Assembly: GCA_044226015.1 (NCBI GenBank) | Contig: JBGAHS010000005.1 | Span: forward strand, 1-64,000 | Length of the DNA: 64,000 nucleotides | From: Candidatus Obscuribacteraceae bacterium | GTDB lineage: Bacteria; Cyanobacteriota; Vampirovibrionia; Obscuribacterales; Obscuribacteraceae | Direction of reading: 5' to 3' | Part shown: piece by piece, positions 39,520 to 49,316 of the stretch | Layout: each line of letters begins with the position of its first letter | Numbering within the stretch: the first letter of the stretch is position 1 | Notes under the pieces: generated by a model | The model's input: the letters and a program-made list of their open reading frames with translations, nothing else | What the model was told of the DNA's origin: nothing | Database searches by the model: none | Position numbers and translations under genes: made by a program

Positions 39520-40486
39520 CATTTCGGAGGCGGTGAAGAAAATGAAAGCACTGGAGGAAGAGAACGCAATGTTAAATCGCATTTTTGGACAAAAGGAATC
39601 GGACATCACAGCCCTGAAAGCCGTGGTTGAAAAAAAATAATGGAGAAGTTCTGCAGAAAAAAGAGGCTGTGGAACTTATAAAAATTGCTACTGAGATGAG
39701 CGAACGGAGGGCTTGCCGTTTGATCTGATTTGATCGCACTACAAAGCGCTATGTGAGCCAGCGACAGGACGACACTGAGCTGAATGACGCAATTTGCAAA
39801 CTCGCAAAATGAGAGTCGGCGATTTTGTTACCGCCGACTCTATGGACAGATTCGGAAGAAGATGAAGCTGGGGGGAAATCACAAGAAAATCTATCGCCTA
39901 TACAAAGACGCGAATCTCAAGCTTCGCAAAAAGAAGCGCTCAGAATTTCGCGCACCAATGCTGGTGCCGACAGCACCTGATAATCGCTGGATTGTGTTTC
40001 GGATACTTCAGTTTGTCTGACAAACGCGTCATGCCCGCCCTGACCAAATGCTCTGGTGGTACGGACTGGCGCGTGTGATCGTGTCAGACAATGTCCCGGA
40101 GTTTCGTTCAGAGCACGTGGAGAAATGGGCTAAAGCCAAAGGCATTACCTGGCACTTCATTGACCCCTGCAAGCCGATTCAGAACGCGTTTGTTGAAGCC
40201 TTTAACGGAAAAATTCCTGATGAATTTCCGAACGAAGAATGGTTCTTCAATTTGCATGAAGCAAAAGACTGTACAGCGAAATGGAGGAACTATTACAATA
40301 CAGAGAGACCGCATATCTCTTTGAATTACAGATCGCCCGCGGAGCTCAGGCAGACGGCATTACAGAAAGCGGTCTAAGCTTTTGATTGGACCGAAAAGAT
40401 ATTCCGTTTTCTGTCAAGCATGGGATCGAGGTTCTGCATCAAAAAGATTGTGAGCGTTAGTCCGCGCAAAGAGGGGGGCACGTCAG
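39520..40486 (+). mobile_element. Degraded IS3-family (IS407 group) element
   Basis: OrfA tail KKMKALEEENAML...VEKK with an A-run at the orfA/B junction; OrfB pieces SERRACRL, YRRLY, NHKKIYRLY, SDNVPEF, KPIQNAFVEAFNG, YNTERPH in broken frames; IS3-like right end GAGGGGGGCACGTCA near 40486. Confidence 0.9.
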
Positions 40487-40554
40487 CGAAACTAACAGTT
40501 AACGAACAGAGCCTTGCAATAGCCGCAGAACACTCTCTTTTAATCCAATCGCTA

Positions 40555-41886
40555 TTAGATCAAGAGTAGTTCATCATCCGGAGGAAAAATACCTGATATC
40601 AAATTCCCGCGAATACTAATTTTAGCAACAACATCATCCTCAACTATCTTCATTTTTACAGCGGCGTCTTCGATAACCCCATGTGTAAATATTCCTGATT
40701 CAAGTGTTCGACAAGTGACTTCCGCAATCCCCCCATCAGTCTCTGTTACTGGAAAGAAAAAATCGCCTGCGTGATAAGCATAACAACCGTCGAAGTTGTA
40801 AACAATTCCATTCAAAGTTAAAACTTGGTTTGGTTGATTGTACGACACGCCACCAATTTGAGTGTTCAAAGAGAATTTGTATTTTGAATTTTTTGTCGAT
40901 TCTCTAGCTACGATCCGAACGAAATGGACAATTCGGAATGAAAGGTCAGGAAAATGTACCACCCTTGGTTGATAGAGCACGAAACCATCGCATCCAGGCA
41001 GTTCTGTGTTGAGTAACTGTCGCGCAAAATCCTCCAATTCGGCAATTGACGCAGTTTGATGCAGTCGCATAAAAACCATCAATCCTTCTGCCGCAGTGCG
41101 TGCAGGAATTTGTTCCTTCATATTTAGCATCGCTTCGTTGAGCTTTTGCTTAAGGTTATTTTGTTCATTTGAGTGGTATTGGCAGGCGAAAACAAATAGA
41201 TCGGAATAATAATGCTTGGAAAAATCGCCATAACTCGTATGCAAGCTGCTTATGGAAGCGACTAAGCCAGGTGCCACCTCTGATTTCATACAATCGATTT
41301 TTTCTTGGGAAACATCTGAGAAAAATCCTCGCAATAGCTTCCATTCACAGTCCCGCAGATTTTCTTTAGAAAAAATACCAATGGAGCGATTGGTAAAGTT
41401 CGCAGAGAATAGAGAGGTGCAATATTCTCTAAGCTCCTTACACGATTGCCGAAAGTTACGCTCTTTATTGGACATGCCATGATTTTTAATAGATATAAAA
41501 ACCTTATGACCGTCAGAAAAACAAACCGTTGCGTCAAAGCCCGGATAGCATTCTGTTGCGGGAATAATTTCCATTCCGCCTGCGGCAAACATAGACAAGC
41601 AGCGTAACTCGAATAAATCACCGCGCGATTGCGGATATAAGTACTTTATTTTCCGTATCCTCTCGCTCGTCCACTGCGGCGATTTCGCAAGCATTAAGAC
41701 CAGATCTGAACCGAATGTCACCAACTCCATAATGGCGAGCTGATCATTTCTCATCCAGAGCTGCTGAAGTGGATGCCGTCCAGGCTCTTCCAACCAAGCA
41801 CGATCGAAAGTCTCAACTATAGCAGCCAGGAAATCCTGACATTTATTTTGATCTAACTCGGACAAAAATTCGGTATTTTTGTACAT
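40555..41886 (-). CDS. Hypothetical protein with possible PD-(D/E)XK-like nuclease motif
   Basis: 443-aa ORF; FELRC...YPGFDATV...VFISIKNH fits E...D...xK spacing with Ser at the third acidic position. The function is inference. Confidence 0.55.
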   Translation of the reverse strand: MYKNTEFLSELDQNKCQDFLAAIVETFDRAWLEEPGRHPLQQLWMRNDQLAIMELVTFGSDLVLMLAKSPQWTSERIRKIKYLYPQSRGDLFELRCLSMFAAGGMEIIPATECYPGFDATVCFSDGHKVFISIKNHGMSNKERNFRQSCKELREYCTSLFSANFTNRSIGIFSKENLRDCEWKLLRGFFSDVSQEKIDCMKSEVAPGLVASISSLHTSYGDFSKHYYSDLFVFACQYHSNEQNNLKQKLNEAMLNMKEQIPARTAAEGLMVFMRLHQTASIAELEDFARQLLNTELPGCDGFVLYQPRVVHFPDLSFRIVHFVRIVARESTKNSKYKFSLNTQIGGVSYNQPNQVLTLNGIVYNFDGCYAYHAGDFFFPVTETDGGIAEVTCRTLESGIFTHGVIEDAAVKMKIVEDDVVAKISIRGNLISGIFPPDDELLLI

Positions 41887-42563
41887 CGAATTACCTCGGT
41901 CGAAAATAGATTTTTCTGATTTGAATCACTGGCTATCCACTCAATTTTTCGTCCGACTCAAGTTAGATAGCCATCGGGGTTACCGCTCAACAACGTGCGG
42001 TAGTTCAAGTGACTGTGCGGAATTTCTGTATTTTAATCGTTCCTCCCTCTTGCTGAAAGGTCTTGCGCCTTTTCCAGAACTGACCGTTTTTCATTTCTCC
42101 AAGGTCTTAGTCTGCAAATCCAATCCAGTCCTTCTGATCCTGAAGAGCGGTTCAACAAACGAAGCTCTGCATACAGCGCGGTCATTCCATGCCGGAAGTC
42201 CCTCAAATCAGTAATTGCTAACCAGACGACGCACAATTGAACCGTTCTTTCTTCTCCACAGCAGCAGTCAGCAACCCAATCCTGAGGAATGGCTGCTCTG
42301 AGGCTGTTGCAGCCCGTTCTCCAAGTTCGGGTCAATAAGAACGGACTTGCGGAATTCTTGGATAAACTCAGCTAAAGTTAGTGCATTCGAGATACTTATT
42401 TTAATGGAAGCAAACTTGTTGCTAGCCGTCATGCTCCGCTCCCCTCGATAGAATGCCATGATATGGCAACTATTTAAGAAAATCTTCTTTGCATCGGGTC
42501 GATTTAGAATTAGAACCAGGTTGATGCTAATGAACTCAAATAAATTCCTTATCAGGGAATTTT

Positions 42564-44024
42564 GTGTTCAGTAATTTTGAAGGAGCCAGAATGTTTGAAA
42601 TTGACTCTCCCATATCGAACGAATCGCAGGATCGCTATAGTCGAGTGAAAATTGCAAGACAGCTCGGGAAGGCTTTAGGCACCTGGCAAGACAAAGATGG
42701 AGCGTTAGTAGTGGCAGTCTACGGCCCGTGGGGAAGTGGAAAAACTTCTTTGAAAAATCTGACGCTCAATTTCCTGGATGAAGGTTTCAAAGTAAAAGAG
42801 TTCAATCCTTGGATGTGTAAGGGAGTCGAGCAAATTACAGAACAGTTCTTTGAAACATTGATTTCAGCAATTGATAGCCAGGAAGAAAACGATAGAAAGC
42901 AAATTATCTTAAAAAAAGACGCCAAGAGAGAAATGAAGCGATTCTCAACGCGACTAAAGCCTCTTACAGAATTGGTAAACCTATCTAGAAACATTGGAAG
43001 ATTTTGGATCTTAGCACTGCCAGCTATTGTTGCAGCATTTCCGGAACATAAAGAACAGCTCCTTTCGCTAAGCATGGTTGCGAATTTTGCGCATTCTCAC
43101 GAAAAGGTTGAAAAAGACCCAGTCTTTGGCAAAGAGGGGTTGTCCGAATCAGCAGCTCAGACTCTAGAGTCTGCCACAGAATTGTTTGAGTCCTGGTCGA
43201 AGTCCGACAGCGATGATGAGGGTGCTGAGCACAATCTTGTAGATGTGTACAATCGATTAAAGGGACTGCTGAAAAATTTACCAAATAAAATGCTAGTTGT
43301 TCTTGATGATATTGATAGACTTTCACCTGAAGAAATTCGTGCACTGTTTCAAATGATAAAAGCTAACAGCGATTTTCCGAACCTGGTCTTTTTAATTCTC
43401 TGCGATCGATCATATGTGCAGCATTGCCTCGCGGATGTTCTTCCTAAAGAGTTAAATAATGCAGAGCCATGTGGACAAAATTTTCTAGACAAGATTGTGC
43501 ATTGTGGAGTGCCGGTTCCAGTTTATGGTCCAGACTTGATCCGAAAAGATTCCCATAGGTTCTATGAATTCATGGCTAAATATGATGGCGAATTTAGCAG
43601 GCAACAGTTCGATAAGTCCCTAGAAATGGTAGCACCGTATTTACGCACTCCTAGAAACTTCATCAGGTTCAAGACAGCGGTAAAATTTCAGGCAGTGTTG
43701 CTAACGAGTGAGACTGGACCCGTCTTAGATTTTGAAGATCTACTTCTAGTGGAGGCTCTGCGCATATTCGAACCGTCCCTGCATGAGCAGATTGGAGCAC
43801 ATCAATCTGCTATTTTTTCCAATCAGGCAACGACAGCGCTCAATTCCCTTGAAGGATTTGTCCGCAATGAGAGAAAAGATACAATTAGGAAAGTTCTTCA
43901 AAAACTCTTTCCAATCTACGACCAGCGAGTGTTTAACAAAAGAACAGAACGAAAACTCTACTGTTTGCCAGTTTTTGAACGATACTATTTCGGAATGGAT
44001 GAAAGTACCCGATTCGGTGATTGA
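42564..44024 (+). CDS. KAP family P-loop NTPase
   Basis: AVYGPWGSGKTS, FNPW, hydrophobic insert, VVLDDIDRL, FLDKIV, TPRN, FERYY. Likely start is the ATG at 42591 after AGGAG. Confidence 0.9.
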   Translation: MFSNFEGARMFEIDSPISNESQDRYSRVKIARQLGKALGTWQDKDGALVVAVYGPWGSGKTSLKNLTLNFLDEGFKVKEFNPWMCKGVEQITEQFFETLISAIDSQEENDRKQIILKKDAKREMKRFSTRLKPLTELVNLSRNIGRFWILALPAIVAAFPEHKEQLLSLSMVANFAHSHEKVEKDPVFGKEGLSESAAQTLESATELFESWSKSDSDDEGAEHNLVDVYNRLKGLLKNLPNKMLVVLDDIDRLSPEEIRALFQMIKANSDFPNLVFLILCDRSYVQHCLADVLPKELNNAEPCGQNFLDKIVHCGVPVPVYGPDLIRKDSHRFYEFMAKYDGEFSRQQFDKSLEMVAPYLRTPRNFIRFKTAVKFQAVLLTSETGPVLDFEDLLLVEALRIFEPSLHEQIGAHQSAIFSNQATTALNSLEGFVRNERKDTIRKVLQKLFPIYDQRVFNKRTERKLYCLPVFERYYFGMDESTRFGD

Positions 44025-44153
44025 GTGCCTTGATTTGAAGAATATGGACCTCCAGCCGACTGAGCTTTCCCCAGTTTAACGGACAGTAATTAGAGCAAAG
44101 TTGTCTCCGTGACGATTAAAAAAGGCTGATTAGAAGGATCAAGGAGGTGCTCA

Positions 44154-45422
44154 GTGGAGGAGCAAGTGCAAGTACATCCCGTAGACATATTCAACCGCAA
44201 TTCACCAGACTTGTACCAGTTCCTGGAGCATCGAAAAAATGAAGCTCGCGATTGGATTCACAAATTGAGCGACGATATGTTGCTGAATGGGGATGAGTCC
44301 CTCACCAAAGTCATTGAAACTTTTGAAATTGACCCACTAGTATTGGACTTTGATTCTGCTGAGGTAGTCGACCAAGGATCGGTCAAAATAAATGTACGGC
44401 ACGATCATAGATTCATGATTTGGGACGATGAATTTACCGACAGAGAACCGCTCGCAGATGGGCATTACATTACCTTCGCAATTCCGTACAAAGGCTGGTC
44501 AAAGCTGTTTCTGTTCCAATCCCAAAATTTTGTAAGAGGCGAACTGAAGGCGGCTATATATCGCTCCGAGATCCATGTGAGAGTTCAGGATGCTGTTGAA
44601 TTCACTGAAGAATCTCTTTCCCGTCTGCAGCAAGACTACTTCTCAGGAATTAAGCGTTGTGCTATCGGGGTGGCGAACCAAGTAATCGGATTCAATCAAT
44701 GGTTGCGAACTGAGGCTACAACGGAGATCGAAGAACGGCGCCGCGTTTCAGAAGACCGCCACGGATTGGTTGCGAATCTTGGCTTTAAGATGCGCAAGAG
44801 GCAAGGACATCCGACTAATGTTAGCCAACCTATTGTCAGGAAAAAATTATCGGCTTTCGATCAAATGAAAGCTGGCGTCAAGTCTGACTCACTAGATTTG
44901 GAAATCTACGACGAAATCTTGTCCATTTGCAGAAATATGGCCCTAGTTATGGAACTTAGTCCGAGTGCATTTGCAGAATTGGAGGAAGAACATTTACGTT
45001 TTCACTTCCTCGTTCAGCTAAATGCTGTCTATGAAGGGCAAGCCACAGGAGAAACATTCAACCTCCATGGCAAAACAGACATCATCATTAAACATGGTGG
45101 ACGGAATCTCTTTGTTGGTGAATGCAAATATTGGAACGGAGAAGCAGCATACAAAGAAGCTATTGACCAGCTGATTGGACGTTATGTCACTTGGCGCGAC
45201 ACAAGGTCCGCAATAATTGTGTTCAACCGAAACAAGGGATTCACCTCGGTGCTTAAGAAAATCAAAGAGCAAACAATTAAACATGAGTGCTGCTTGGAGC
45301 AATTGGAATACCAACATGACGCAGCCTACAGATTCATGTTCGCGCACAAGGACGATCCCGAGCGCACCTTTCTGCTAACGGTTCTGGCGTTTGATATCCC
45401 CGCAGTTGTCGAGACGACATAA
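44154..45422 (+). CDS. Protein with C-terminal PD-(D/E)XK (restriction-endonuclease-fold) domain
   Basis: EEEHLR...ATGETFNLHGKTDIII...FVGECKYW...IDQLIGRY gives a D...ExK core; AAGGAGG before the GTG. Confidence 0.75.
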   Translation: MEEQVQVHPVDIFNRNSPDLYQFLEHRKNEARDWIHKLSDDMLLNGDESLTKVIETFEIDPLVLDFDSAEVVDQGSVKINVRHDHRFMIWDDEFTDREPLADGHYITFAIPYKGWSKLFLFQSQNFVRGELKAAIYRSEIHVRVQDAVEFTEESLSRLQQDYFSGIKRCAIGVANQVIGFNQWLRTEATTEIEERRRVSEDRHGLVANLGFKMRKRQGHPTNVSQPIVRKKLSAFDQMKAGVKSDSLDLEIYDEILSICRNMALVMELSPSAFAELEEEHLRFHFLVQLNAVYEGQATGETFNLHGKTDIIIKHGGRNLFVGECKYWNGEAAYKEAIDQLIGRYVTWRDTRSAIIVFNRNKGFTSVLKKIKEQTIKHECCLEQLEYQHDAAYRFMFAHKDDPERTFLLTVLAFDIPAVVETT

Positions 45423-45929
45423 CTGCTCGCGTTAGCAAAATTGCGACCCTTTTTGAACCTCAGCCTTCCTCGGAAGATTACTAAGGCAAATCAGTGTAAC
45501 ATCGGCGCCGCTTCAAAGGACAAGCTAAGGGCGCAATACCAAACTTGGAGCCGATTGAATTATTCGAACAATTTTGTTGTGATAGAGAATTGCTCTCAAT
45601 TTCACCCCGATGAACCGGCTTGGGTCATAATAGATTGCTGATTCAGCCGATACTCTTTCACTTCGTCCCATGCTCCCGAATGTAGCGCCATTAAAGCCTT
45701 TAGCTTTTCTTTAAGCCGCTCTTTTTGCTGGTTGTTTCTATCTGAAAACATGAATTAGCAAACAATCATTTATGATGCTCTATCAATCGCGACGCGGTAT
45801 AGCAGATTTGTGCTGTAATCATCAGGGCTAAAGAACTACTCGATGGGCAAACCTATAATCAGGTTGAAGGTATGAATCACCTGAATTTCAAACAAATTGA
45901 ATCTGTGCAATGTACTCCCAGTCTATGTG

Positions 45930-46622
45930 CTACTTGCCGGTGTTCATGTCTCGCAGCGCCCTACCTGGAGTTTTCCAGAGTTCTGGGTCGGTTATCCATT
46001 CACGTTTGTCAACACCGGGTTTGAAGTCCTTTAGAAGAGGAAGGAAGACGTCCGACATGTGTTCATTCCGCGTAAAAATAGTTCTGGGTGTGCCAGAGAT
46101 CGTAATCTCTTTTGTGACTGGGTCTTGGCTAACTCTGACTCCGTTGAAATAGCGAACATCATGACCATCTGGCACGGGTGGGTGTGCTTCTAATACTGCG
46201 GGATGTCGCACCAAAACTGGTGAACCGTCCGCTGCGACATTGCGACTAATGGAAAGATTATCTCCGAGAGAAACTCGAACTGGTGAACCGTCCGGCGTAA
46301 TATTTCGGCTCGTATAAGCACCCGGATGATGCATCTCAGTTCTCAGCGCATCTCGCATTTCTCCAGTTGCTAGCGTGGCTTCTGTCTCAGCTCCCAGAAC
46401 CTTTCCTCCGCGTGCCAGAGCCTTAATTCCTAGACCACAAACTATAGTCGCGCCAGCAATGACTGCTAAAGTTGTGGAATTCTCCTTCAGTAAATTGAAT
46501 GCTTGCTCGGCAAGAGAGGATGGTGGTTCGGCTTGCTTTGACGCTAATTCGTTCTTGCTGAGCGCGAAGAGTTCAGTCATTTGATTTCCTCTGGCGAAAC
46601 GTATTTGTTTCACCTTATTCAA
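45930..46622 (-). CDS. Hypothetical protein with one TM helix and a short internal repeat
   Basis: TM LAVIAGATIVCGLGI; SRNITPDGSPVRV and SRNVAADGSPVLV. Likely start MTELF at 46580. Confidence 0.6.
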   Translation of the reverse strand: MNKVKQIRFARGNQMTELFALSKNELASKQAEPPSSLAEQAFNLLKENSTTLAVIAGATIVCGLGIKALARGGKVLGAETEATLATGEMRDALRTEMHHPGAYTSRNITPDGSPVRVSLGDNLSISRNVAADGSPVLVRHPAVLEAHPPVPDGHDVRYFNGVRVSQDPVTKEITISGTPRTIFTRNEHMSDVFLPLLKDFKPGVDKREWITDPELWKTPGRALRDMNTGK

Positions 46623-46734
46623 TGAGGCATAAATTTATTGTGAAATGACTCTACAGATATGTGCAAGAATGAGCTTTAACCAGCGTAAAACTACGAGGTC
46701 ATCCGGTATTTTGAATTGCTGCATCATCAGCAAT

Positions 46735-47046
46735 TTAGCTCATCATGTCCATTCTAATTTTCTTGAGCTCAAACTCGACTTTGTCTATCGCTTCCCGAAT
46801 AGTTTTCAAATCCTTTTCCAGAGCTTCTATTTTTCGTCCCAGGTTTTGGTCGCTTGCTTTCAGCTCGTCTAGAGCGCGGAGAAGCTGCTCTTCCTGTGTA
46901 CGAAGCCCTGATTTCTCAGGGTTCAGTCGAAAGCGATTTTGTGGTTCGCGCTCTGGGTCAATTCTAAACTGTGCCTGTTCTGCTGCAAGAACCGGGCAAA
47001 ACAATGAGGTGAATAATACTGCTAGCAAAATGTATTTTGCTTTCAT
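46735..47046 (-). CDS. Small secreted coiled-coil protein
   Basis: Signal peptide ending VLA-A; heptad pattern; start overlaps the upstream stop codon. Confidence 0.7.
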   Translation of the reverse strand: MKAKYILLAVLFTSLFCPVLAAEQAQFRIDPEREPQNRFRLNPEKSGLRTQEEQLLRALDELKASDQNLGRKIEALEKDLKTIREAIDKVEFELKKIRMDMMS

Positions 47047-47756
47047 TAGATCTCACTGAAATCTATGTTGATTGGATCTTCAGGCAAGCGATCTGGCGCT
47101 GGGGCTATGTTTGTGCTTGCCACGTCTTTGCCTACTGCTTCGAGATTTAGTTGGTTCGCCCATACTTTTCCAGCGTCAAACAATAGGAATCCAAAGAGAA
47201 TCGCTTTGGCATCATCAGGCACATCCACAACACAACTATATTTTGTCCAGTCGGTGGTACCTTTTACTGGGCGCTTCTCCATGTTGTCGAATTCCAACAT
47301 TTTGTGGTCGCTACCATCTACTCTCACCCAGAGTCCGGCAGAGTCTTTCACGTTTTCAGTTCTTAGCCATCCTGAAAATCGGATGCGTTTTCCCAAGAAT
47401 TTTTTTGCGGAGATGGCTTGTCTCAGTGTTCCCAGACCATCCACTTTTTCTACTCTCGATTTGATGAAGGCACATGGTTTGCCCTCACGAATCATCTGGC
47501 GATCGATCCCAAAATCAAATTTGTCTGGTTGATCACCTTTGATCATCCAGCCTTTGCTAATAAGAGGACCGGCGCTCGAGCCCGAGCTGGTTTGTTCTTC
47601 TGCCGCGCATAATGGAAGACCTGCCATGAGCGCGAGCATAATTATTGCAAACAGTTTGCAAAAGGAAATCCATAGATTCATTTTTTCCCTGCCCAAAAGG
47701 AAAATGTGCCCAACCAGATTTTGTTGAAGAAACTTTCCCGTTTCTTCATTTAACAT
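47046..47756 (-). CDS. Secreted galactose-binding-like (CBM4/9-like) domain protein
   Basis: GTLRQ...GKRIRFSGWLRTENV...AGLWVRVDG...FDNM...GTTDWTKY...VP...GKVW. Likely start MNLWIS. Confidence 0.7.
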   Translation of the reverse strand: MLNEETGKFLQQNLVGHIFLLGREKMNLWISFCKLFAIIMLALMAGLPLCAAEEQTSSGSSAGPLISKGWMIKGDQPDKFDFGIDRQMIREGKPCAFIKSRVEKVDGLGTLRQAISAKKFLGKRIRFSGWLRTENVKDSAGLWVRVDGSDHKMLEFDNMEKRPVKGTTDWTKYSCVVDVPDDAKAILFGFLLFDAGKVWANQLNLEAVGKDVASTNIAPAPDRLPEDPINIDFSEI

Positions 47757-47939
47757 GCCACCTATAGCCTAAAGCGTGTGTGAGTAGTAGTAACTGGTGC
47801 AAAGTGAATTAGAAAACGATGCGATTAACATAGTGTGACTGCACATTTATTCAGTTGGAGGAAAATGGTTCGGTTCAATCTTTTATTTGGCCATTCTTTT
47901 CATCAACGTTTTCTTCTATTCGGAGTTATCTCATGGGAC

Positions 47940-48050
47940 CTTCCATGCTTTGATCCTTGTATCCGCTTCCATGCTTTGATCCTTGCATTCCCTTCCATAC
48001 GATAATGCTTGAATCCGTTAAATAACTCCTTGCATGCCTTGAGCCTTCCA
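47940..48050. repeat. 26-bp imperfect tandem repeat CTTCCATGCTTTGATCCTTGYAT
   Basis: Two near-identical units from 47940 and 47966, followed by decayed copies. Confidence 0.7.
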
Positions 48051-48090
48051 GTCGGTTTGCTCACTGAGATCTGAAGGGTCCCCTAATATT

Positions 48091-48860
48091 TTGGACCCCG
48101 AAGTAATTAGATCTGTGGAGAGGTATGTTCATATGCAACGGTCAACGTTATCTAAATGCATACGCGCTGCTCTGGTGAGTTTGCTCATTGCAGCTCCGAT
48201 TCTTTCGATAGCGTGGATGATGTACGCTGTCTCTTGGGATTATTTACTTGGAATACGTGGCATCAGCGCAGCATTTTCATTCTTGAGACCATACGGAAGC
48301 GCAATAGCAATTTCAGGATGGGCAATTTTTGTTGGACTGGTAGCCATTTTTCCGCTTTGGCTCAATGATGTTAGCAAGTTGATTTCTGAGCGAAGTTCGT
48401 TGCCATTTTCGGCTCAACGCGCAGCATTCTCATTCTTTGTGCCGCTTCAACAAATTGGTCTGCCTTACCAAATATTCAAATCGCTTTGTTTTCGTTTGAA
48501 TCGCAGACTGGGCGCTGATGCTCTTTTGATTTCATGGTCGATAGCCTGGGTAGTCATGCTTGCAGCAGGAATCGCTTACGCGCTGACTGACCTGTTTCAC
48601 ATTCATTCACCTCACATAATCTTATTGTGCTCTGGGTCTACGGTTCTGCTTCATTGTTCTGCTCTTTAAGTTTGCTGATTGTCAGCCGCATCGAAACAGC
48701 CCTAAACACCAAGTGGGGTTATTGCAATGAGCTTTCTTTGGCTAACTCGCCCATAGATGCATTGTTCCAAAAGGCACAAGCGGAACTTTCGACAGCCGTG
48801 GGCGATGATGAGGGAGTGCGCGTTAGTCTGAGTTACTCTTGCAATCACCATTTGGCATAG
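48091..48860 (+). pseudogene. Frameshifted DUF4328-like membrane protein
   Basis: AAFSFFVPLQQIGLPYQIF resembles DUF4328; the last TM helix continues in another frame (VLWVYGSASLFCSLSLLIVSRIE) from about 48625. Confidence 0.5.
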
Positions 48861-49102
48861 TTCATTGGAGCTTTCCTTATTTACTCTTGCAATGGCATAG
48901 TTCATTGAGCTTTCCTGATATTGCAGAATTTGGGATCGAGTTTTGCTTTCGGCTGTCAGAGCATTAATCTAGGCTGCCGGAGCATTTAATCTCATGCTGA
49001 AGCATTCAATCTCATGCTGAAGATCCTTTTAGCCCAAGCCAGTGCAATTGGGTTCAAGCCGCGAGTTCATGGTGTAAGCTCGCTCCAGAGCATTTAATCT
49101 CT
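48833..49102. repeat. Gene-end duplication and AGCATT(T/C)AATCT repeats
   Basis: ttactcttgcaat...ggcatagttcattg(g)agctttcct at about 48833 and 48882; agcatt(t)aatct at about 48960, 48981, 49001 and 49089. Confidence 0.7.
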
Positions 49103-49316
49103 ATTTCCGGCTTTGTCGGCGATATTCTCGTCGCGCATATCAAAATGCCTTTCCGGTAACTAGTTGGTAATTGTTGCTGTTTCAGTTCTTTTGGAGGGCA
49201 GGCAAAAAATGTAGTCAAGAATACAATTTAGCACAGGAAATCTGCTTAATGCGGTAAGATCGTGACGCTTTGGTAATCTGCATTGGGTCAGAGGACCGGA
49301 ACGTTCTTTTTTAGCT

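Noticed and set aside
39338..39640. 100-aa ORF as a real protein
   Set aside because: Chimera of antisense IS3 orfA sequence and the orfA tail.
45602..45751. 49-aa minus-strand ORF MFSDRNNQQKERLKEKLKALMALHSGAWDEVKEY
   Set aside because: Plausible helix, but no clear RBS or recognisable motif; not enough support.
38646..49300. Integrase-driven island or prophage with att repeats at tRNA-Arg
   Set aside because: No integrase or phage genes, and I found no duplicate of the tRNA 3' end by eye; island boundaries are therefore unproven.
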